Of a DNA stretch of 64,000 nt, positions 53,069-64,000 are shown piece after piece (position 1 is the first letter of the stretch; each line of letters begins with the position of its first letter). The notes below the pieces were generated by a model that worked only from the letters and a program-made list of their open reading frames with translations, ran no database searches and had not been told where the DNA came from. The position numbers and the translations under genes are program-made. Origin of the DNA: Octopus vulgaris (taxonomy: Eukaryota); the NCBI GenBank assembly GCA_951406725.2, contig OX597834.1, positions 24,180,001 to 24,244,000 of the forward strand, given 5' to 3'.

Positions 53069-53772
53069 CTTGGTGTGTTTACGTCCCCGTCACTTAGCGG
53101 TTTGGCAAAAGAGACCGATAGAATAAGTTCTGGGCTTACAAAGAATAAGTCCCGGGGTCGATTTGCTCGACTAAAGGCGGTGCTCCAGCATGGCCGCAAT
53201 CAAATGACTGAAACAAGTAAAAGAATAAAAGAGTAGACGGAAACTGAAAGAAGCCTGTCGTATATATGTATATATATATATACATATACATATGTATGTG
53301 TGTATGTCTGTGTTTGTCCCCCCAACATCGCTTGACAACCGATGCTGGTGTGTTTACGTCCCCGTAACTTAGCTGTTTGGCAAAAGAGACCGATAGAATA
53401 AGTACTGGGCTTACAAAAAATAAGTCCCGGAGTCGATTTGCTCGACTAAAGGCGGTGCTCCAGCATGGCCGCAGTCAAATGACTGAAACAAGTAAAAGAA
53501 TAAAAGAGTAGACGGAAACTGAAAGAAGCCTGTCGTATATATGTATATATATATACATATGTATGTGTGTATGTCTGTGTTTGTCCCCCCAACATCGCTT
53601 GACAACCGATGCTGGTGTGTTTACGTCCCCGTCACTTAGCGGTTCGGCAAAAGAGACCGATAGAATAAGTTCTGGGCTTACAAAGAATAAGTCCCGGGGT
53701 CGATTTGCTCGACTAAAGGCGGTGCTCCAGCATGGCCGCAATCAAATGACTGAAACAAGTAAAAGAATAAGA
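53069..53772 (+). repeat. Head-to-tail trimer of 5'-truncated family A SINE segments
   Basis: The junction AAAGAATAAAAGAGTAGACGGAAACTGAAAG occurs twice (about 53220 and 53495); unit length is about 275 bp. Confidence 0.9.
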
Positions 53773-56700
53773 GTAATTTGTAGGTGAATTTTTTTATTTA
53801 AATCATTTGTAACTGAAGGAATATGTTGATTCTTTTATTTTTCAATTAATTACAAAAGTAATAGAGGTTGAAGGATTTAGTATAAATAACTCTCTCTCTC
53901 TCCATACATGCACTCACACACATGTGCACACACACACATGTGCGTGCACACACACACATGTGCACACACACACTAATATTTTTACAGTAAAACTGTTAAT
54001 TGGAAACTTTTATGCTTTTTTACTTTCATATATCTATTTCTTTACTACCTACAAGGGGCTAAACACAGAGGGGACAAACAAGGACAGACAAAGGGATTAA
54101 GTCGATTACATCGACCCCAGTGCGTAACTGGTCCTTAATTTATTGACCCTGAAAGGATGAAAGGCAAAGTCGACCTCGGCGGAATTTGAACTCAGAACGT
54201 AATGGCAGACAGAATACAGCTACGCATTTCACCCGGTGTGGTAACATTTCTGCCAGCTTGCCATATATCATCATCATCATTTACTGTCTGTGTTCCATGC
54301 AAGCATGGGTGGGACGGTACCACAAGAGCCAGCCAGGCCGAAGCCTGACTTCTGTGACTCTTTTTGGCAGGATTTTTACAGCTGGTTACCCTTCCTAACA
54401 CCAACCACTCAGCTGAGTGAACCTAGTGCTTTTTATGTAGCACAAGCACAGGCGAGATCAGTTTTGGCAAGATTTTTACAGCTGGATGCCCTTCTGAACA
54501 CCAACCACTTTACAGTGTGGACTGGGTGCTTTTTAAGTGGCACCTGCAATGATAGGGTCACCAAGTACTTGCAAGACAAAAACTTTTGATAGGGGAAGAG
54601 CATTGGAGGAGGTTATGATGAAAAGGTTATAGTTGGACAGATATAGGTGTCTTGCTGAAGAAGAAGTACAAGGTTACCTGGCCAAAGAGAGAAAGATCAG
54701 GAATGAAGACAGAAACAGGTGTTCTCCGACAAAGAAAATACACGGTTGCCCAGCGTGAGGGAAGTGCAGGAGAAGAAGAGAGAGTGGGAGACCACAGGAT
54801 TGAGATGGTGGCACAATGCCAGGCATGCTCACAAGGATAAGGGATCAGAGTATAAATGCGATGGTTGAGTAAAGGAAGAAAGAGATACAGATAGTAGCAA
54901 AAATGCTGGTTCTAAAATCTCTCTAAGAGATCAGCACAGTAGTTGTACAAACAAGTAATATTTGTAGCCACTTCAACATGGCTATCTGTTCAAACGGACT
55001 CTAATGCAATTTTTTAAACCCTAAGAGGACATTTCCCCTAGCTGGTTAATGATACAAAGCTGAATCTGATAAATTGTAAGCAGGGGAGCGAATCCCTATC
55101 ACCTTCTAGCAACGGGACCAGCAGACCAGTCCTGGTACAGGCTATTTCTGTCACTCTTCAGTACTGGACACCTCATCTGCTAGAGATAGCAGCAGCTTGC
55201 TTCTGCTTGCAATATTTTAAGTGAACACACAGTCACTGATTTTGCAACAAGCTTTTCCTGTTGCCCTGTTTTACAACTAAGAAGTGATTTTACGGTTAAT
55301 TAGGAAGATCAAATTAATGTCATTCTTGTTGAGGTTCCACGACCAAAATGTCAGCTTTGGAAATGTTAATTGGATGAATGAAAGAATCAACGTATTTTTC
55401 CTTTTATTTGAATAAACTTGTATTATAGAACTAGTAGGATCTTTACCTACCTACAAATAAACTATTGTGGATTTCCTCTATTTATCTGTGTGTGTATGTG
55501 TGTATACACACACACACACACACACTCTTTGTAGTTTATTATATACCCCAGGGGTCATGGCAGCATTTCTTTCTGTCCCTCTCTCTGTTAACTGAGTGTA
55601 TATATTGGATAGTTGCATACATGTGTAAATATAGACAGTCTTTCTCTCTCTCTCTCTCTTTGATATCCAAATGTGTGTGTGTGTATGTATGTATATACAC
55701 ACACACACATATATATATCATGTAGGGAGAAAGAGGAAGAAAGACTGGCTGACTGGTTTTGGTAAATCCCTAACCAATGATGAGATGTTGAAATAGACTC
55801 CCATAAACTTTAAAAACTATTGACACAAAATAAACAATTTGCCCTTGAACATTGAGAACAATAGTTAGAAACATTGTTTGAACTGGCATAGTTCACCTTG
55901 GCTTTAGTTATTTTTAGGTCCTGGTAAATATTTACTTTCCATGGGGTGGCAAGGCTATAGATTAGGAAAGGACAATATAAGTGGTATGTAACATGGTTAG
56001 TGTTATTGATTTGTTAGGAATATCAGGTATAACAATCTTGAGGGCCCTAGTGTCATTTGATCTCTGATCCTGAATTCAAAATAAATATCATGAACTTTGT
56101 AGAAAAAGTAAATGAGCTGACTTAGATGATCAAGGTTTAATTAGCAATAATTAAAATCAAAGAGAATGTAACTCTTGCATTTCTCAAACTTGAAGAATCT
56201 TTGAAGATATTTTTATTAATCTATTTTCTTTCATTCATAAAGTTAAATTTCATAAAAGATTAAAGAGATGAAACTATCTGGGTTCAATTCCACTGCACAG
56301 CTCCTAGTGTAAGTGTCTGGTCCTATAGCTTAGGTTATATAGTACTTTGTAAGTAGAGTATAGTAGACAGAAACTGTGTGAAAGAAACCTGTTATGTGTC
56401 TGTATGACTGTCTGTATCTTCCATTGATGTATATCAGTGAAAGATGTATACATCAACACAGTTTCTATTAACCAGTATTTTGAACAAACATACTTTGTAC
56501 TATTTAATATGCCTGAGTTACCTGGATATACCTTTGACACTATCACCATCAGATATACAATGACCTTGTGATTGGTTAAATAAAAATCTATACCCAGTTA
56601 CTACATTAGTCACAAAATACATCATCCTCACCATTATTTAATGTCCACTTTTCTGTACTTACATGGGTCTGACAGAATTTGTTGAATGTGGATTTCCTAT

Positions 56701-56988
56701 GGCTGGATGCCCTTTCTGTCACCAACCCTCATCTGTTTCCAAGCATGCTAATATTCTCCATAGCCAAACATGTTTTTCCATGAAAGATTGGAAATGAGCA
56801 TTGTTTGCTTCACACTCACACACATATACGCACACACAATGGGCTTTTTTTAGTTACCATCTACCAAATCCACTCACAAGGTTTTGGTTAGACCAGGGCT
56901 AGACTAGAAGACACTTGCCAGAGTGTGTGTCTTCTATAACCCCAGCCAGTCTAAGACTTGTAGATTTGGTAAATGGAAACTGAAAGAA

Positions 56989-58236
56989 GCCATCCCATAA
57001 ATAATGCTGGTTTTTTATACTACTTTTATTTTTTGAAATAAGATAGACAAAGTTCTTTTTTAATCTAAAATATACTCTTCATTTTCTACAATGCTCTTCC
57101 ATCTATTTGGTAGACTTGCAAGGCCCCTCTTCTAAAATTCACTTGTCCGTGATGAAAAATACTCCTCCAGTACTGTTCTGACCTCGTCCACAGGCTTCAT
57201 ATTTTTTCCGTCAAAATGATTTTGAAGACTGTGGAATAAATGATAATCAGATGGGGCAATGGCCGGCAAATATAGTGGGTGAAACATCATTTCCCATTCA
57301 AACTGCTCCAGCCTTTGGAATGTCATCCTCACTGTATGTGGCCAAGCGTTATCCTAAAGGAAGAACACCTTTCATCTTGAAACCAAAGATGGTTGTTTTT
57401 TTCTAGCACTGACTTAAGCTGCTAGCAGATCTCCTTTGTTATCATTTGGTTTGGGTTTAAAAGTTTAAAGTGGACTAAACCTTTCATATCCCACCAAACA
57501 GATAACAACACTTATATGGGTGAAGACCTTCCTTAGCTGATGTTTCTCCTTTCCCTACCCTCTGTCTTCAGTGCTTGACATTTTTATAGAGAACCCATTT
57601 CTCATCACCAGTCACTATTCAGTCACAAAAAAGGCTCATTTGTGAGACGTGACAGCAAAGAAGAGCACACATTCACTCTTTGCACACAATTAGACCCGGA
57701 AAATTTGTGAGGAACTCATTGACCCAATTTGCTGACTTTTCCAATGGCACACAGGTGTTGATGAATAGTTAAATGATCCAATCCAAGCTTCTCTGTTCGT
57801 TCTTCAACAGTTATGATGGGATTTTGTTCCACCAGGGTTTGCAGGACGTCCTCATCGAGCACTACAGATCTTCTAGGACAAGGCTCGTCTTCTAGGCTGT
57901 AGTTTCCGGCTTAGAATATTCTGGAGTGGCTTACACTTATTGTCCAATCCCCATATACTGCATTGATATTCCTTGCACTTTCCGTTGCGTTGTTGCCTTT
58001 ATTGAACTCATAAAGCAAACTATGCCAAATATGCTCCTTTGTCACTTCCATTATAACTTTGAGAAAATAACTGTTAAAATCGAACTGCACTCTTCAAAAC
58101 TTGCACTAAGAATAAGGGCAATGTAAAATTACTACCTGCTTTAAAAGCAAGTTGATGCAGGTAGTGTATCCTGTCCCCCTCCAACTTTTAGTTCATGCAG
58201 TTGAAAAAACTGCATTATTCATGAGATGACCCAATA
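56989..58236 (-). mobile_element. Degenerate near-full-length mariner element
   Basis: WEMMFHPLYLPAIAPSDYHLFHSLQN resembles the mariner YSPDLAPSDYHLF motif. Terminal inverted sequences CATCCCATAAATAATGC and GCATTATTCATGAGATG are about 1.25 kb apart. Confidence 0.85.
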
Positions 58237-58741
58237 GATGCATGATGTAAAATGAAAAAATAAGGATGTGATTGGGCATAATTACTTCTTTTCTAATAGC
58301 TCACCTTACACCTATATCAATTATCCAAAAGCTATACTTAACAATTTTCTCTATCATTAACTTCAAATTACGGCCATCGCAAATTGGAACTTAATTTGCT
58401 CTGAAGACACACTTTAATTATGTGATATATAAATAGAACTGACTCTCTGCTTAGCCTTAAACCATTTCTGTTTGACAAACACTTGCACAAGCACCTGTGT
58501 TTAATTCAGCTTATGGACTTCCTTACTGACTTGCAAGTGAAGTAGGGTTGTATAAGGTAGATTTATATCCTGTCTGTTTCAATGTTATATATCTCTTCTC
58601 AGCTATGTCTTGACAACATGTTCTTAAAAGGTTCTCTTTGTCACTTTCTGGTTTTGAATGCACAAGCCCACTACACAACACATTTGGAATGTACTGTATC
58701 ATTTAAGTTGATCAATCTCTCTCTCTCTTATATATATATAA

Positions 58742-58999
58742 TATAGGATAAAATTTTTTGAAAAAAATTCTATCAATGGCCAGCATATTAAAAAATACCT
58801 TTAAAGGTTAAATTTATAAACAACCTATAAACAAGGGCAAAAGAAAAAAAATTTCTAATGCCAAATATACCGAAAATAGACACATCGTCGATAACCATCT
58901 TCGAGATGCGTGCTTATTGTGATGAATTATTATTGACGATGTGTCTATTTTGAGTCTATCTGGCATTAGAAATTTTTTCTTTTGCCCTTTTTTATAAGT

Positions 59000-59001
<2 letters not shown>
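58742..59001. mobile_element. Fold-back repeat element of the same family as 45190-45445
   Basis: Shares CAGCATATTAAA..ATACCTTTAAAGGTTAAA...GCAAAAGAAAAAA.TTCTAATGCCAAATAT. It has an imperfect internal inverted repeat and microsatellite flanks. Confidence 0.75.
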
Positions 59002-59037
<36 letters not shown>

Positions 59038-59121
59038 TATACATATATTTAGAGTGAAAATAGACATACCATACACACACACACACATATTTATATTCAT
59101 ACATATGTACTCTACATTTAC

Positions 59122-59171
<50 letters not shown>

Positions 59172-59249
59172 GAGATCGATAGATAGACTGACTGACAGAC
59201 AGATGGATTTTACAGACAGACCCAGACAGACTAACTAAACAATAAATGA

Positions 59250-59900
59250 GAGTTCAGTAAAATAAAGCGGTAATCATATTCTGTGGACAGAATTTTGTCT
59301 CTTGAGGCCAGCTGGTGCCTTGCAAGCCTTTTGGCGAATGGAACAAGTTAAGGACTCAGTTTGTTCAAGTGCTAGTGGATCATTTACTGTGTGTTTTCTT
59401 GAGTGCTTTCTTGCTTTGCTTCATGCCACAAAACCTCAATAACAATAGGTATGGTTTCCATTTAGAGGAGTAGTGTTATGCCAGTGTACCTTCATGCTTG
59501 CACGAAGTTGGTCCTGATGTTAGAATTGACTTCACTCAACTCAAATCAAATCTTTGAACTGAGGAGAAACAGAACTGGTGCCAGGTCTTTGCATTCTGAT
59601 GCTTTGTTTTCCCAGAAAGAAAAGGGAATGTCGCATCGCTTCATATTGTCTTTTAGTTTGTCTTTGAAGCACAAGGGTAGCCTTCCAACTGACCTTCCTG
59701 TTGGGAATTGGCCAAAGAGAAGTTGCTTTGGAATTCTGATATCACTCATACGAGAGAGAAGACCTGACCGTCTAAACTGTATTTTGATGAGGATAACTTC
59801 AATACCTGATGTGTTGCATTTTGTTTGCACCTCACTGTTGTGAATATGGTACGCAAGCATCGCATATGAATAGAGTCAAGCTGGTTGATGTATAATATAG
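59250..59900 (-). mobile_element. RTE-clade LINE fragment
   Basis: QFRRSGLLSRMSDIRIPKQLLFGQ...GRS.GR...FKD.LK.NMKRC. Confidence 0.8.
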
Positions 59901-61158
59901 ATAGTTAGGGTAACTCCCAACTGTTTCCTCTTGAAGCGCATCTGCTTATTCCATTATTACTATCAATATGTATCCTTAATTACTGTTGTATGTTAATCAA
60001 AATACATATTAAAATTATTTTAAAAAATGTTCTCTCTATCTGACGAGTTTCCTATAGGAATTTTCTTAAATGTCTATATAACACGTAAATCTTTGTAATT
60101 CCTATTAGCAAATTAAACACATGTAATGGAGAATAAATAATTCCAAAATATTTCCATTTTCCTGTTGTTTATATATATGTATGAAAAATATATATAAAAA
60201 TACAAAATGGGACAAGAATGCAAAACATTCAAATAGACGACACAAAAAAACGAACGGGTCATTTGAAGCCTCTGATCTTCAGTCAAGAACCGGATCATCC
60301 TCACAAGGTAGTTTGTTATGGCCAGTCAGAGAGTGACCGTTGGTTTCGCACCTATAAAACACTTAGCTGTAGAGGCAAATGTCAGACTCAGAGTTGCCGA
60401 TACAACTAAGTGCTTTATAGATGCAAAATCAATGGTCACTCTATGAGCAGCCCTTAAAAAACAACCTTCTATATATACCACTGCTCTCATGTTTCAGTGT
60501 ATGTTTGTATTTTGGATCCATGAACTACTGACAATGTATAGTGTGTGGTAAGAGGTTTGCTTCTCAACTACATGATTCTGGGTTCAGTCCCACTGCCTGG
60601 AATTTTAGACAAGTATCTTCTGCTGTAGCCCTTTGGTGCAAAACAGGTCTCCAGTCTCAGAGGTCTTGAAAAGGATCATGGACAGTTCCATTTCTTCTCT
60701 GAGTAAGTCATGGAGGGGAAAAAAAAACCGTGGCATTTACTGAACTTCTTAGACTGATGAAATCAATGAGAGCTGATGTGATGATGCCAACAGCAAAGAG
60801 GATGAGGATGTGCATATTAGTGATCTTGGTAATAATTGTTTCAAGGTCAACAATTGGGGAAGGAGTTGTCAATTACATCAGCACTTGTTATCAACTGGTA
60901 GTTTATATACTCAACCCTGAAAAGATGAAAGGCTAAGTTGACTTCTGTAGAATTTGAACTAAAAAAATAAAAAAAAAAAGAACCCAGAAGAAATATCCAA
61001 CACGCTAACAATTGTGCCATCTGGTAGTAATTTTGATAAAGATAATAATGTAAATGGTAGCAAAAATAATTATAATATTCATGTGACAATCACTCATAAT
61101 GTTTATTCTGTATCTTTTAAATCTCACTCATTGTTTCTTTATCTGCTTTTAGGTTGCC

Positions 61159-61275
61159 ATGGATGGTGGGAAAAAAGTATGGGTCCCACACCATATGGAT
61201 GGCTTCAAGTTGGGTCGCATTGTGGACATTGGGTCCGACTCTATCACGGTCGAACCGTTTGATGCTATGGGCACA
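61159..61275 (+). CDS. Myo6: Unconventional myosin VI, first conserved coding exon (N-terminal SH3-like region). Exon 61153-61275; the gene continues beyond the window.
   Basis: Translation MDGGKKVWVPHHMDGFKLGRIVDIGSDSITVEPFDAMGT closely resembles the myosin VI N-terminus as recalled (human [39 protein letters not shown]). Polypyrimidine tract and AG acceptor at 61151-61152, Kozak-like gccATGG, and phase-0 donor ACA|GTAAGT at 61276. Confidence 0.93.
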
Positions 61276-61914
61276 GTAAGTGGAAAACTTTTGTTTTTAT
61301 CATTTTCTTATACTTTTTTTTTAATAATTTGTTTAGCACAGGTGTGGCTGTTTTTTTTTCATAGCGAAGATGCATGGCCTAGTGGTCAGAGTATTGCTCT
61401 CAGGATTGCAAGATCAATTCCCAGAATAGGCAGTGCATAGTGTTCTTGAGCAAGACACTTCATTTCCCATTGCTCCAGTTCACTCAATCTGATGGCCTCC
61501 CACTCAGGGGGAGTGTTTTGATCTTAATCACTTATATGTCATGGAAACTAAGTAACCAGCCCTATGGGTCCTAGGGCTTGAGACAGTAATGTTTAATGGT
61601 TGCACTTGATGATATTCTTTCTATAAAGTCACAATGGCATGGCTGAATAATTAAGAAACTTGTTTTGAAATCATAGATTCTTTGGTTCAATCTCAGTGTG
61701 TGGCACCCTGGGGAAATCCATTTTGCTATTACCTTCAGTCAACCCAGACCATATGAATGAAATTAGGAAGACAGAAGTAGCACAAGGAGAGACTGACTTG
61801 AAGTAGATTTAACGTATCACCCAGTTTATATTGGAAGTGTCTTATTTTTGTAAGGCGAGATCTGACAAATTGCGTTGGATTGAACCATTCTTTGAAAACA
61901 AACTTGCTGTTTAA

Positions 61915-62136
61915 CCCTTTAGTGTTCAGATTACTCTGTTAATAATGTAATAATTTTTCACTCAAATTGTTTTGAATTAATCAAGCATTATCTCATAGCT
62001 TTGAGGTTTCAACGATGTGATTGTTTGTTTTTAGAATATCAATGTAGGTTAGGTGTGAGAGGCTGGATATGGCCAGTTTGAATATAAAACATGTAGAATA
62101 TCTGGGCCAGATATGGCCGGTTTAAACACTAAAGGG
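61915..62136. mobile_element. piggyBac-type MITE (uninterrupted copy)
   Basis: TTAA|CCCTTTAGTGTT...AACACTAAAGGG|TTAA. Same family as the copies near 7640-8640 and at 34806. Confidence 0.88.
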
Positions 62137-62939
62137 TTAACCCTGTATCTGCATTGATCAAGCTGATCTGTGATCAAATACATTCCAATCTTGGTCATCC
62201 AGTTTAATTTTTAAACAAATTATACCTAGGAATACATTATCCAAGGTATTCTGTCTTGTTGAAGATCATAGGGTACAATTTGAGAGTAATTTGGCTGTTG
62301 TTTCCAGCAAGTTAAATGTAGAGAAACTTCTAAGTTCCCCCAGCAAGTTAAATGTAGAGGAACTTAGAAGAGGAATTGGGAAACAATATTTAGCAATGAA
62401 GATCTGTTATAATCCCATTTCTATCTTGGGTGCTTTTATGAATATTATTTTGACCTATATAGATAGATAGATAGATAGATAGATAGACACATACATACAT
62501 ACACACACACACACATACAAGAGGGGATGTTTACCCAGACTATATTTTAATTCATATTTTAGTTAAACCCTAGGAGAGGGGTCAGCAGCTTTGTTAGTGA
62601 CAGGGTTCATTAATAGTTCATTTATGGGGACAGAGAGGTCCTTCTCAAATATTTGCTGTATTTTCCCAACAAAACAATATAACAAGGTCTTCATTTTATT
62701 TGATTTCTGGTCCCTATAGATGTGTTGACCCAAGATCAGAAATATTTCCTGTCAGCAAGGGGTGATAGTGGGGGTGGTAAAGGTAGTGGTGAGGTAAATA
62801 AATAAATGAATAAACTTTTTTCTGTCTGTGTAAATCCCTGGTTTGGAATTTTTATGTGTGTTTGACATTTTCCTCTCTTAATGTTCTGTTGTATGCCAGA
62901 AGGGCTTGTGTTTGTACTTTACCTCCCTCTCTCTCTCAG

Positions 62940-62966
62940 CTGTCTGTCTGTCTATCTGTCTATCTG

Positions 62967-63037
<71 letters not shown>

Positions 63038-63524
63038 GTCTCTGTCTATCTATCTGTCTCTGTCTATCTATCTGTCTCTGTCTATCTATCTGTCTCTGTC
63101 TATCTATCTGTCTCTGTCTATCTATCTGTCTCTGTCTATCTATCTGTCTCTGTCTATCTATCTGTCTCTGTCTATCTATCTGTCTCTGTCTATCTATCTG
63201 TTTCTGTCTATCTATCTGTCTCTGTCTATCTATCTGTCTCTGTCTATCTATCTGTCTCTGTCTATCTATCTGTCTATCTGTCTATCTATCTGTCTCTGTC
63301 TATCTATCTGTCTCTGTCTATCTATCTGTCTCTGTCTATCTATCTGTCTCTGTCTATCTATCTGTCTCTGTCTATCTATCTGTCTCTGTCTATCTATCTG
63401 TCTATCTGTCTATCTATCTGTCTCTGTCTATCTATCTGTCTCTGTCTATCTATCTGTCTCTGTCTATCTATCTGTCTCTGTCTATCTATCTGTCTCTGTC
63501 TATCTATCTGTCTCTGTCTATCTA
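62940..63524. repeat. (TCTA)n-derived 18-bp minisatellite TCTGTCTCTGTCTATCTA
   Basis: A pure (TCTA)n run followed by more than 20 copies of the 18-mer. Confidence 0.95.
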
Positions 63525-64000
63525 TATACATGTATACATGCATGCCTACATACATACATACATACATACATACATACATACAAAAGGTCTTGTAGGTTGT
63601 GGGCTCGTTTGAAGGAGGGAAGGGGTCAGTTAGGGAAGATGTGTGAAATGGAGGGGTCAGTTAGGGAAGATGTGTGAAGTGGAGGGGCTGGACTGGAGTC
63701 GCCAGATGGCTCGGAGAATGGTAGGGGAGACTGGTGATGGCGGGGGGGCAGGTGCAGAGGGAGAGAGCAGATGCACAGTCCACAGAACATACTCTGGCAA
63801 GGGCAGTGTGGATAGTGGTGATGGGATATCCACATAGGATGAAGTGGCAAGCCATGAGTCGAGACTGAGTCTCAAAGTCATGGTCGTCACTACAGAACCA
63901 GCGTAGCCGGAGGAATAGGGGATGGAGAGCTTGGTGGAGGTAGAGTGGGAGGAGGAGAAGTTAAAGTAGGAGTGTGAGTCTGTGTGTTTGTAGTGGATGG

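Noticed and set aside
58395-58440. CTGAAGA half-core, and CTGACGA near 60040
   Set aside because: No correctly placed GAAA or convincing stems, so not called as hammerheads.
61276-61440. Extension of the Myo6 ORF to 93 aa in the ORF track
   Set aside because: Read-through into the intron past the GTAAGT donor; similarity ends at residue 39.
62940-63524. Regular 18-bp array resembling a CRISPR-like repeat
   Set aside because: No unique spacers, eukaryotic context, and derived from (TCTA)n.

Overview
Eukaryotic, AT-rich, microsatellite- and transposon-dense DNA. The SINE families point to a coleoid cephalopod, probably Octopus (inference). Only one protein-coding exon is clearly recognisable: the first conserved coding exon of myosin VI (61153-61275, + strand). 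Most of the window is therefore probably 5' introns or upstream region of Myo6. Two, perhaps three, upstream ATG-initiated segments end in phase-0 GT donors and would splice in frame onto this exon. The rest is tRNA-derived SINEs, RTE/CR1 LINE ends, Tc1/mariner remnants, piggyBac and hAT MITEs, and two Penelope-like (PLE) remnants. The most unusual signals are several hammerhead-ribozyme motifs from unrelated repeat families. One lies in a tRNA-headed element arranged as an inverted repeat with a target duplication, and one has a very long stem II. Also notable are a perfect 176-bp spacerless palindrome and a templated insertion copied from 3.6 kb away. All structures were read by eye; no folding, alignment or database search was run.
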